NCBI GenBank assembly: GCA_028687275.1
Contig: JAQUAK010000001.1
Span: 228,213 to 292,212, forward strand
Source of the DNA: Patescibacteria group bacterium
GTDB lineage: Bacteria; Patescibacteriota; Patescibacteriia; Patescibacteriales; UBA12465
Reading direction: 5' to 3'
DNA length: 64,000 bases
Shown here: positions 37,542 to 45,539 of the stretch, piece by piece
Layout: each line of letters starts with the position of its first letter
How positions within the stretch are numbered: the first letter of the stretch is position 1
Made by a program: the position numbers and the translations under genes
Notes under the pieces: generated by a model
Database searches by the model: none
Told to the model about the DNA's origin: nothing
The model's input: the letters and a program-made list of their open reading frames with translations, nothing else

Positions 37542-37550
37542 CTATGTTTT

Positions 37551-38360
37551 ATGGAAAATATCGCATTACCAAAAAAAGTAGATTTCCGTGAAGGGAAAAA
37601 TGCTAATGAAGGCGTGATTGTGGTTGAGCCTTTATATCCTGGCTACGGCATGACTTTGGGTAACTCCTTACGTCGCGTTCTATTATCTTCACTACCAGGA
37701 GCAGCTGTTGTGGGTGTAAAGATTAAAGGGGCTAGTCACGAATTTATGACTTTACCCGGGATTCAGGAGGATGTTTTGGAAATCATGTTAAATATCAAAC
37801 AGTTACATCTTAGAATTCATGGTGATGAGGAGGTCCGTTTAGAATTAAAAGTTAAAGGTACAAAGATCGTTACCGCTGCCGATATTAGTAAAGATACACA
37901 AGTTGAAATAAAGAATCCAGAATTAGTTTTAGCTACTTTAACTGAGGATAAGGCTAGTTTAGAAATTGAGATTATTGCTCGCCCTGGACGCGGCTATCGT
38001 ATGAATGAAGGTTCAAAACGTGAAAATTCAGAGTTAGGCTACATCGAAATTGATTCAATTTTTTCACCAGTTCTAGCAGTTAGCCTGGATGTTGAAAATA
38101 CCCGTGTCGGTAAAATGACCAACTGGGATAAATTATTAATTGAATTAAAAACAGACGGAACTTTGAGTCCAATGGAAGCGTTTAATTTGGCCTCTGAAAT
38201 TCTAGTTAATCAATTCAGTGCCCTTTTACCTCGCGACGAAGAGCCTGCCCCGGCTTTAGAAGTGACGGAAGAAGAAGCTAATTTAAATACTGAAGAAGAA
38301 GCGGAAGTCGACGCCGAAAAAGAAGAGAAGAAGCCGGCGAAGAAGAAAAGTAAAAAATAA
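37551..38360 (+). CDS. rpoA: RNA polymerase alpha subunit, N-terminal domain only
   Basis: GNSLRRVLLSSLPG and full NTD; after LVNQFSALL only a 40-aa acidic/basic tail, no alpha-CTD. Confidence 0.92.
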   Translation: MENIALPKKVDFREGKNANEGVIVVEPLYPGYGMTLGNSLRRVLLSSLPGAAVVGVKIKGASHEFMTLPGIQEDVLEIMLNIKQLHLRIHGDEEVRLELKVKGTKIVTAADISKDTQVEIKNPELVLATLTEDKASLEIEIIARPGRGYRMNEGSKRENSELGYIEIDSIFSPVLAVSLDVENTRVGKMTNWDKLLIELKTDGTLSPMEAFNLASEILVNQFSALLPRDEEPAPALEVTEEEANLNTEEEAEVDAEKEEKKPAKKKSKK

Positions 38361-38384
38361 TCGCTTCATCATAATACTTACTAT

Positions 38385-38735
38385 ATGCGTCACAGAAATA
38401 AGAATAAAATTTTAGATCGGAAAAAAGGACCTCGCGAGCTTATGCTTCGCAATTTGGCTTCCAGCATTTTGATTTATGAAAAAGTAAAGACTACCAAGGC
38501 AAAAGCAGAGGCGGTGCGACCTTTAGTTGAGCGCATGATTACTTCAGCCAAGGTAGGTGATTTAAATGCTCGTCGTGGTTTAATTAAGGTGCTGTTACAG
38601 AAAAATGCCGTTAAAAAAGGCATGGAAGTATTAGGTGATCGCTATAAAGACAGAAATGGCGGTTATACTCGTACCACTAAATTAGGTCCTCGCCCTGGCG
38701 ATGGCGCCGAGATGGTTCAAATCGAGCTTGTTTAA
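38385..38735 (+). CDS. rplQ: 50S ribosomal protein L17
   Basis: MRHRNKNKILDR, GGYTRTTKLGPRPGDGA. Confidence 0.95.
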   Translation: MRHRNKNKILDRKKGPRELMLRNLASSILIYEKVKTTKAKAEAVRPLVERMITSAKVGDLNARRGLIKVLLQKNAVKKGMEVLGDRYKDRNGGYTRTTKLGPRPGDGAEMVQIELV

Positions 38736-38752
38736 TTTTTAGCGCAAGAAAT

Positions 38753-39109
38753 ATGAATACAATAGAAAGAAAAATCCATAAATTAGATGCTACTGACCAA
38801 GCTTATGGTCGTTTAGCCAGTCAAATTGCGCTTATTCTTCGTGGTAAGAACAAGCCAGAATATTTACCTCATGTAGACGGTGGTGATATTGTTGAAGTTG
38901 TCAATATCGAAAAAATGTCTTTCAGTGGTAAAAAACTTTTACAAAAGAAATATTTTCATTATTCCGGTTTCCTAAGTGGTTTAAAGACTCGAAGAATGTC
39001 TGAAATTTTCAGTAAAGATCCGGGTGAAATATTACGTCGTGCCGTGAAACAAATGCTTCCGCCGACTAAGTTGCGAGATGCGCAGATGAAGCGCTTAATT
39101 ATTAGATAA
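38753..39109 (+). CDS. rplM: 50S ribosomal protein L13 (short, 118 aa)
   Basis: YGRLASQIALILRGKNKPEY, HYSGF..GLK. Confidence 0.93.
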   Translation: MNTIERKIHKLDATDQAYGRLASQIALILRGKNKPEYLPHVDGGDIVEVVNIEKMSFSGKKLLQKKYFHYSGFLSGLKTRRMSEIFSKDPGEILRRAVKQMLPPTKLRDAQMKRLIIR

Positions 39110-39121
39110 TTTCATTGCTCT

Positions 39122-39694
39122 ATGGAAACTAAACAAAAAAAAGTAAAAGAGAAAAAGGCTTCTGCTCCAGCAGCGGTTAAGGCAAAAAAAGCTACGGCAA
39201 CTGCTAAAGAAAAAGATATGCCAGTAGTTGAAGAAGATGCTGAGGCCAAATTAGAGGCTGAAGAAGCGGCTAAAGAATTACCAATCACGGAAATGGTTGA
39301 ATTTAGTGGTGAATATATTAAATCGGTTGGACGTCGCAAAACCTCTGTTGCCCAAGTACGTATGTATAAGGATGGTAAAGGGGCGGTTGTTATTAATGGC
39401 AAACGCGGTTCTCAGTTTTTTGTTGGCGATGGTATTGCTATTGTTACTCAACCATTAAAAGCAACTGGGCATGTCCGTGATTTAAATTTTTCCATCATTG
39501 TTAAGGGCGGTGGCGTAACTGGTCAGATTGAAGCTTGCCGTCATGGTATTGCTCGTGCCTTATTATTACTTGACCCACTGCTTAAGGATTCTTTAAAGGT
39601 AAATGGATTTTTAACTCGTGATCCTCGTAAGAAAGAAAGAAAGAAACCGGGCTTAAGAGGTGCTCGTAAAGCTCCTCAGTGGTCAAAGCGTTAA
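39122..39694 (+). CDS. rpsI: 30S ribosomal protein S9 with about 58-aa N-terminal K/E/A-rich extension
   Basis: Core GRRKTSVAQVRM...TRDPRKKERKKPGLRGARKAPQWSKR; a canonical-length start (MVEFSG) exists, but the upstream 58 codons are stop-free from an ATG 12 nt after the rplM stop. Confidence 0.9.
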   Translation: METKQKKVKEKKASAPAAVKAKKATATAKEKDMPVVEEDAEAKLEAEEAAKELPITEMVEFSGEYIKSVGRRKTSVAQVRMYKDGKGAVVINGKRGSQFFVGDGIAIVTQPLKATGHVRDLNFSIIVKGGGVTGQIEACRHGIARALLLLDPLLKDSLKVNGFLTRDPRKKERKKPGLRGARKAPQWSKR

Positions 39695-39724
39695 TCTCTT
39701 ATATTTTATTGAATATATACAAAA

Positions 39725-39751
39725 AACTTCCCAGTATTGGGGAGTTTTTTT
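39725..39751 (+). terminator. intrinsic terminator ending the infA-rpsI block
   Basis: AACTTCCC-AGTATT-GGGGAGTT stem followed by T-run; preceded by A-run. Confidence 0.7.
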
Positions 39752-39777
39752 GTTATCTATATTTCAAATATTTTTTA

Positions 39778-39786
39778 TGCTAAGAT
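39778..39786 (+). promoter_or_regulatory. extended -10 element TGCTAAGAT upstream of prfB
   Basis: Ends 7 nt before ATG 39794 (leaderless candidate). Confidence 0.4.
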
Positions 39787-39793
39787 AGCTTAT

Positions 39794-40900
39794 ATGGAAA
39801 ATCTCGATAGTTTAGCCAAAACATTAATGGAATTAGACGCTCGTCGGGCTGAATTGACGGCTACTTTTGATATGGCTAAATTACAGCAAGAAGAAAATGA
39901 ATTACGCTTACAGATGGAAGCGGCTGATTTTTGGCAAGATCAGATAAGGGCAATTAAGATTAGTCGTAGGGCAGAATTACTACATAAAGATATTAGTCGG
40001 TGGCAGGAGTTAGCGTCTGCTTTTCAAGAGGGCAAGGAATTATTAGAATTATCCAAAAGTGATGAAGACGAAGCTTTGATTCCAGAATTAAGTCAGAAAA
40101 TAGAGCGCTGGCAGGAAGATTTGGAGTCCTTAGAGACTACAGCCTTATACTCTGGACCACATGATGATAAAGATGTGATTTTAAGTATTAAAACAGGAAC
40201 TGGTGGTGTTGATGCTCAAGATTGGACACAAATGTTAGAGCGCATGTACTTACGTTTAGCAGAGAGACAAGAGTGGAAGGTAGAGATTTTAGATCGTTTA
40301 GCTGCCACTGAGGCGGGCATAAAGAGCGTGATGATGCGAATTAGTGGTATCAGACCCTATGGTAATTTAAAGAGCGAAAATGGTACTCATCGCTTATTAC
40401 GCAATTCACCTTTTAATGCTGATGGACTACGTCAAACTTCTTTTTCTTCAGTTGAAGTTATTCCTGAATTACCAGAAATAGATATAAATATTAAAGATGA
40501 GGATGTACGTTTGGACGTTTTTCGTTCTAGCGGCCCTGGTGGACAGAGTGTAAACACAACCGATTCGGCCGTGCGTTTAGTGCATATTCCTAGCGGTATT
40601 ACTATTAGTTGTCAGAGTGAGCGTTCACAGCATCAAAATAAAGAAAATGCTTATACAATTTTACGTGCTCGCTTAGTGCAATTGGAGCTCAAAAAAAAGG
40701 AAGAAGCCGAAAATAAATTAAAAGGAGGGATTATTAAAGCGGAATGGGGACAGCAAATTCGTTCTTATTGGTTTTATGGTAATCGTCTAGTTAAGGATCA
40801 TCGTAGTGAATATTCAGATAGTGATGTTGATGGCGTGATGGATGGTAAGTTAGAGAAGTTTATTGCCGCTTATTTACGTTACTTACGTCAGTCCGAATAA
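39794..40900 (+). CDS. prfB: peptide chain release factor 2, single uninterrupted ORF
   Basis: Start moved to MENLDSL; SPF (NSPFNA) and GGQ (GPGGQSVNTT) motifs; no in-frame TGA or frameshift site. Confidence 0.92.
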   Translation: MENLDSLAKTLMELDARRAELTATFDMAKLQQEENELRLQMEAADFWQDQIRAIKISRRAELLHKDISRWQELASAFQEGKELLELSKSDEDEALIPELSQKIERWQEDLESLETTALYSGPHDDKDVILSIKTGTGGVDAQDWTQMLERMYLRLAERQEWKVEILDRLAATEAGIKSVMMRISGIRPYGNLKSENGTHRLLRNSPFNADGLRQTSFSSVEVIPELPEIDINIKDEDVRLDVFRSSGPGGQSVNTTDSAVRLVHIPSGITISCQSERSQHQNKENAYTILRARLVQLELKKKEEAENKLKGGIIKAEWGQQIRSYWFYGNRLVKDHRSEYSDSDVDGVMDGKLEKFIAAYLRYLRQSE

Positions 40901-40946
40901 GACTAAAATTTATTTAGATTTTAATTGACTGGTTTATAATTAAGAG

Positions 40947-42416
40947 ATGGTATCATCTCTTTTTTGGCATTTAGCCGCCTTTTTAACAGGGCTCTTGGGT
41001 TCAAGTTTTATAAACACATCAATTAATTGGTGGTTTTTGTGCTTGTTATTAATATTAAGTTTTATTTTAAGAAAAAGAAAAAATTATTTTCAATTTTTTT
41101 TAATTCTAACTTTTTTATGTTTTGGCCTATGGCGTGGACAGGCACAAGGGGCTGTAGATAAATATCTGCAAGCTTATTTTAACAGGAGTGAGGTTTGGGA
41201 TTTTTGGGTTTGCACTGACCCAGAACCTGATTGGTCCCGACAAATAAGTATTTTGTGCCCCTTGGCGCCTTCATTTAATCAAGGCAGTTATAAGGAAAAA
41301 GTATTAGCTAATTTAGCGCTTTATCCACAAGTTCGTTATGGCGATAGATTAAAGGTTAAATGTCGTTTAGAGTCACCACCGGTTTTTACTGATTTTAATT
41401 ATGCTGCCTATCTGGCCGCTCGTGGAGTTGGTGCTGTTTGTTCTTGGCCGGAAATTGTAGGGATTGAAAAATATGAGGAAGGGAACAGAATTTTAATTAA
41501 ATTATATCAATCAAAGCGTTGGGCTTTAGAGAAAATTAACGCTGCCTTGCCAGAGCCGGAAGCCGGTTTAGCTTCAGCCTTGCTTTTAGGTTATAAAAAA
41601 ACTCTTTATCACTTAGAAGAAGATAATTTTCAAAAGGCTGGCCTTAGTCATATTGTCGCTATTTCTGGGGGTCATATTAGCTTACTACTTAACCTATTAA
41701 TTGTAATTTTGATTTATTTAGGCTTTAGCCGTAATTATGCTATTTGGCCAGCTTTAGCTGGAGCATCTTTGTATGTGCTTCTAACGGGCGTACAGGCCTC
41801 GGCTTGGCGCTCATTGTTGATGGGGGCTATTATGATTTATGCTTGGCGACGGGGACGCTTAACCTCGGCTTGGGCTCCGTTATTACTAGCGGCCTTTATT
41901 ATGTTAATGATTAATCCCGATTTATGGAGAGTTGACTTAGGTTTCCAATTATCATTTTTGGCTATTTCTGGAATGATTAGTTTATATCCTCTATGTATTA
42001 ATTATATAGAAAAAAATATTAATCATCGTTTGCGCAATCTAGCCAAGGCTTTTTGCCTATCTTTATCTGCGCAATTAGCTGTTTGGCCCTTACTAGCCAT
42101 TAAGAGCGGAGGCATTTCTTTAATTGCTCCACTTGCTAATGTTTTTGCCTTTGCTATTTTTGGTCCTCTGGTTTTAAGTTTGCTTTTAGCCTTAGGCTTG
42201 AATCTAATGCTTGGTTTAGTTGATATCTTTTGGTACCCAGCTTATATTTTATTAACTTATTTGATTAGACTTTGCCGTCTATCCGCCTTATTGCCAGGAT
42301 CTTATATGGAGACGCCTAATTTTAAAGTCGAGTATGCTTGGGCCTATTATATTTTCTTAATCTTAATTATTATTTGGTTTAATTATCGAAGACATAAAAA
42401 ATTTAATCATCATTAA
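40947..42416 (+). CDS. comEC: ComEC/Rec2 DNA-uptake channel, no C-terminal metallo-beta-lactamase domain
   Basis: DUF4131-like N-terminal region plus competence domain (AGLSHIVAISGGHISLL), polytopic membrane. Confidence 0.85.
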   Translation: MVSSLFWHLAAFLTGLLGSSFINTSINWWFLCLLLILSFILRKRKNYFQFFLILTFLCFGLWRGQAQGAVDKYLQAYFNRSEVWDFWVCTDPEPDWSRQISILCPLAPSFNQGSYKEKVLANLALYPQVRYGDRLKVKCRLESPPVFTDFNYAAYLAARGVGAVCSWPEIVGIEKYEEGNRILIKLYQSKRWALEKINAALPEPEAGLASALLLGYKKTLYHLEEDNFQKAGLSHIVAISGGHISLLLNLLIVILIYLGFSRNYAIWPALAGASLYVLLTGVQASAWRSLLMGAIMIYAWRRGRLTSAWAPLLLAAFIMLMINPDLWRVDLGFQLSFLAISGMISLYPLCINYIEKNINHRLRNLAKAFCLSLSAQLAVWPLLAIKSGGISLIAPLANVFAFAIFGPLVLSLLLALGLNLMLGLVDIFWYPAYILLTYLIRLCRLSALLPGSYMETPNFKVEYAWAYYIFLILIIIWFNYRRHKKFNHH

Positions 42417-42431
42417 AGTATTTTGGGTAAC

Positions 42432-42458
42432 AAAAAAGCACGGATATTATCCGCGCTT
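42432..42458 (-). terminator. intrinsic terminator of rpmB
   Basis: Minus strand: AAGCGCGGAUA-AUA-UCCGUGCUU followed by U6. Confidence 0.7.
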
Positions 42459-42477
42459 CTAATGATCCAAAGAAAAA

Positions 42478-42666
42478 TTATTTACTTGCCTCTGCTTCAT
42501 GCTTAGCCATGGTGCGCATACAGCTGGTACAAACCTTCAATTTTAAACCATCTACAGTTTTAGTTTGAAGATTAATGCCTTGGCGTTGCAGAGTTTGAAT
42601 TTTAGAATGGGAACGACTGGCTCCTTTAGTGGCGCTGCGTCTACATAGGTCACATCTTTTTGGCAT
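42478..42666 (-). CDS. rpmB: 50S ribosomal protein L28 (zinc-ribbon form)
   Basis: Start moved to MPKRCDLC (ATG 42666); SRSHSKIQT..Q..NLQ L28 core, CDLC...CTSC. Confidence 0.8.
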   Translation of the reverse strand: MPKRCDLCRRSATKGASRSHSKIQTLQRQGINLQTKTVDGLKLKVCTSCMRTMAKHEAEASK

Positions 42667-42781
42667 ATACTTTATGAAACGACCGAGAGGAATGCACCAA
42701 AAAAAGGGCTTTTTTCGGCGGCCGCTGTATTTATAATTTTGATGCTTAAATATTAGCACATTTTTAAAATTAATCAAGTTA

Positions 42782-42790
42782 TGCTAAAAT
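42782..42790 (+). promoter_or_regulatory. extended -10 element TGCTAAAAT upstream of M50 protease gene
   Basis: TGnTAAAAT match 42 nt before ATG 42832. Confidence 0.4.
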
Positions 42791-42831
42791 ATTGTTAATT
42801 ATAAGTAGGATTTAATAAGAATTGATATTTT

Positions 42832-43431
42832 ATGATTATTATATTTCAGATAGTAGTTTTAATTTTTTCAGCGGTTATTCATGAGTATATGCATGGTTGG
42901 ATGGCTGATCGTCTGGGTGATAATACTGCTCGTGTCGCTGGTCGTTTAACTTTAAACCCCCTGGCTCATTTAGAGTGGTTTGGTTCTTTTCTTGTTCCTG
43001 GCTTGATGCTCTTGTCGGGGATGCCTTTTGTGTTTGGTTGGGCTAAACCAGTGCCATATAACCCCTATAATTTGAGCGATCGTCGCTGGGGAGGAGCAAA
43101 AGTGGCTGCGGCTGGTCCTTTAGCTAATTTTGTAATAGCCCTTGTCTTTGCTCTTGTTTGGCGGTTTATGCCTTTTGTTAATATTACCTTTTCTGGTCTG
43201 ATTGCCTTGATTGTTTATATTAACTTGATTTTAATGATTTTTAATTTATTGCCAATTCCGCCACTCGATGGATCTAAGATATTGGCTCCGTTTTTATCAC
43301 CTGAGTTAAGGCAGAAATATTTATCTTTAGAACGTTTTGGCTTTATTTTTGTTATTTTGTTCGCCTGGCTTGGTTTCTCCTATATTTTACCTTTGATTCA
43401 TTTTCTATTTCGTCTGATGGCAGGTGCCTAG
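42832..43431 (+). CDS. M50 (site-2 protease family) membrane metalloprotease
   Basis: HEYMHGWMA zinc motif, NLLPIPPLDG second motif, multiple TM helices. Confidence 0.85.
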   Translation: MIIIFQIVVLIFSAVIHEYMHGWMADRLGDNTARVAGRLTLNPLAHLEWFGSFLVPGLMLLSGMPFVFGWAKPVPYNPYNLSDRRWGGAKVAAAGPLANFVIALVFALVWRFMPFVNITFSGLIALIVYINLILMIFNLLPIPPLDGSKILAPFLSPELRQKYLSLERFGFIFVILFAWLGFSYILPLIHFLFRLMAGA

Positions 43432-43518
43432 GGAATAATAGATGAAAATCAGAGTAGTCTGGTCTCTTATTTATAATAGGCATAATATTAATTCAATAGA
43501 AAGCTAACTATTAATTAT

Positions 43519-44766
43519 ATGAATAAGAAAGTTTTAATAACTTCAGTCATCATGTTTGGTTTAGTAATTTTTTTGTCCGGGTGCGTGATGAGGTCAACAG
43601 AATCTTTAAATGATATTGAAATCTCTGAAGGGGATTTAGATAATGTTGTTGAAGCAAATAATAAGTTCGCTTTTGATCTTTATTCAAAATATAAAACAGA
43701 AGAGGGGAATATATTTTTTTCTCCCTATAGTATATCAACAGCGCTAGCGATGACTTATGAGGGCGCCAGAGGACAAACGGCTGAGGAAATGCAATCGGTT
43801 TTTTATTTTCCAGAAGACGTGACTGCTAGAAGGTCGGGTTATGCTAATTTATATAACGAAATAAACCAAGATAATAAAATATATAAACTTAATACAGCTA
43901 ATGCTTTATGGGCAGAACAGGATTATAAATTTCTAGATGAATATATAAGTTCAATTGATGAATATTATGCGGGCAAGGTTACTAATCTTGATTTTAAAAA
44001 AAATCCAGAAAAATCTCGTGTAACCATTAATGATTGGGTTGAAGATAAGACTAATGACAAAATAAAAGATTTAATTCCTGCTGGCTCAATATCTGATATG
44101 ACTAGATTAGTTCTTACTAACGCTATCTATTTTAAAGGCGAATGGTTAAAGCAATTTAACGAGAACGAAACTAGGGATGATGATTTTAGAATTTCAAAAA
44201 ATAATAGTCTTAAGGTTAAAATGATGAAGAAAACTGGTGAAGAGGCAAACTTTGGTTATAGCGAAAATGACGAATTTCAGATGCTGGAAATGCCATATGT
44301 TGGTGAAAAATTATCGATGTTAGTTCTTCTGCCAAAAGATGATAAAATAGATTCTTTAGAAAATTCTATCACGGCGGAGAATTTGTTAGAGTGGAAAAAG
44401 GGTATTGAGATGCAAAGAGTTAATGTTTATTTACCAAAATTTAAATTTGAAACTAAGTATTTTATGCAAAAGACTTTGTCGGAGATGGGCATGCCTACCG
44501 CCTTTAGAGACGCTGATTTTTCTGGTATGACAGGTGTCCAGGATTTATTTATAGGTGATGTAATTCATCAAGCGTTTATTGATGTCGGTGAAGATGGAAC
44601 TGAAGCTGCTGCTGCTACCGCCGTGGTTATGAAAGTATCCTCAGTTGGTCCTGGTGGTCCAGTAATACCGACATTTAGAGCTGACCATCCCTTTATATTT
44701 ATAATTCAACAAAAGGATTCGGGTAATATTTTATTTATGGGAAGGGTGGCTAATCCAAATAAGTAA
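43519..44766 (+). CDS. serpin, predicted lipoprotein
   Basis: Lipobox FLSGC; FFSPYSISTALAMTYEGARG, inhibitory-type hinge GTEAAAATAVV, C-terminal DHPFIFII. Confidence 0.88.
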   Translation: MNKKVLITSVIMFGLVIFLSGCVMRSTESLNDIEISEGDLDNVVEANNKFAFDLYSKYKTEEGNIFFSPYSISTALAMTYEGARGQTAEEMQSVFYFPEDVTARRSGYANLYNEINQDNKIYKLNTANALWAEQDYKFLDEYISSIDEYYAGKVTNLDFKKNPEKSRVTINDWVEDKTNDKIKDLIPAGSISDMTRLVLTNAIYFKGEWLKQFNENETRDDDFRISKNNSLKVKMMKKTGEEANFGYSENDEFQMLEMPYVGEKLSMLVLLPKDDKIDSLENSITAENLLEWKKGIEMQRVNVYLPKFKFETKYFMQKTLSEMGMPTAFRDADFSGMTGVQDLFIGDVIHQAFIDVGEDGTEAAAATAVVMKVSSVGPGGPVIPTFRADHPFIFIIQQKDSGNILFMGRVANPNK

Positions 44767-44781
44767 TAATATTACTTAATT

Positions 44782-44809
44782 TTACTCAATAGTTTTTACT
44801 CAATAGTTT
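44782..44809. repeat. tandem direct repeat 2 x 14 nt (TTACTCAATAGTTT)
   Basis: Two exact adjacent copies just upstream of the rpsL promoter; a third degenerate copy (ATTACTTAAT) precedes them. Confidence 0.8.
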
Positions 44810-44824
44810 TATTATTGACAAATC

Positions 44825-44853
44825 TTGACTTATTTTTTAGCTTTTGTTAAAGT
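44825..44853 (+). promoter_or_regulatory. sigma70-like promoter TTGACT-17-TAAAGT for the str operon
   Basis: -35 44825-44830, 17-nt spacer, -10 44848-44853; a second TTGACA at 44815. Confidence 0.5.
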
Positions 44854-44870
44854 AAGCAAGTAATAACTCT

Positions 44871-44999
44871 ATCCTGAGAGGTCAGGATATTTTGTTATCA
44901 AAAGAACTTATTTATAGAAAGAGAAGGGCACTTAGGATAATGTTGTCTATTCTCGATTTGGAGCTTGACTTCAAAGTTAACTTATAAAATTATCCTGAG
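44871..44999 (+). promoter_or_regulatory. structured rpsL 5' leader with mutually exclusive pairings
   Basis: Hairpin ATCCTGA-GAGG-TCAGGAT + U-rich (44871-44896); 11-bp long-range stem CTTAGGATAAT (44931-44941)/ATTATCCTGAG (44989-44999); TCAGGATA (44882-44889) can alternatively pair with TATCCTGA (44991-44998). Confidence 0.45.
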
Positions 45000-45023
45000 C
45001 TTTTATTTAATGAAAGAAGCGTT

Positions 45024-45449
45024 ATGCCGACTATTAATCAACTGGTCCGTAAGGGCAGAAAACCAAAAAACAAACGTCAGTCATCTTTGGCTTTGCATAC
45101 TACTTTAGATTCTCTTCATCGCAAGAAGAATGTGAATGCTAAAGGAGCTCCATTCAAGCAAGGTGTTTGTGTTAAAGTTACAACCACTACCCCTAAAAAA
45201 CCTAACTCAGCTTTACGTAAGATTGCTCGTGTCCGTTTATCAAATGGCATGGAAGTAACTGCTTATATTCCAGGCATGGGACACAATTTACAGGAGCACT
45301 CAATTGTGCTTATTAAGGGTGGTAAGACTAAGGATTTATCCGGTGTTCGTTATAAAATTGTTCGTGGTGTTTATGACGCTTCTGGTGTAGAGGCTCGTCG
45401 TCAGGGTCGTAGTGCTTATGGTGCTAAGAAGCCTAAGGCAGCCAAATAA
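45024..45449 (+). CDS. rpsL: 30S ribosomal protein S12
   Basis: [33 protein letters not shown]. Confidence 0.96.
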   Translation: MPTINQLVRKGRKPKNKRQSSLALHTTLDSLHRKKNVNAKGAPFKQGVCVKVTTTTPKKPNSALRKIARVRLSNGMEVTAYIPGMGHNLQEHSIVLIKGGKTKDLSGVRYKIVRGVYDASGVEARRQGRSAYGAKKPKAAK

Positions 45450-45539
45450 ATTTTCTATTATAGAGAGGTTAATTAACCGCTCTTGCTAATAATATAGGTG
45501 CGCATTAATAATAGCTGATGATGCAGCCTTGCATGAATT

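Noticed and set aside
39112-39402. 96-aa minus-strand ORF overlapping the rpsI 5' region
   Set aside because: It is the reverse complement of the GAA/AAG/GCT-rich codons of the S9 N-terminal extension. Such repeats are stop-free on the opposite strand by construction. The same explanation covers 51934-52236 (rplW), 54004-54198 (rplV) and 58941-59159 (rpsE).
39737-39793. Upstream extension of prfB, and a possible programmed frameshift
   Set aside because: The first 19 codons overlap the terminator and promoter region and have no RF2 homology. I looked for the CUU-UGA shift site and a split ORF and found a single intact frame.
42667-42777. ORF-track 37-codon N-terminal extension of rpmB
   Set aside because: It has no L28 homology. 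MPKRCDLC is a canonical L28 start with a TATG context.
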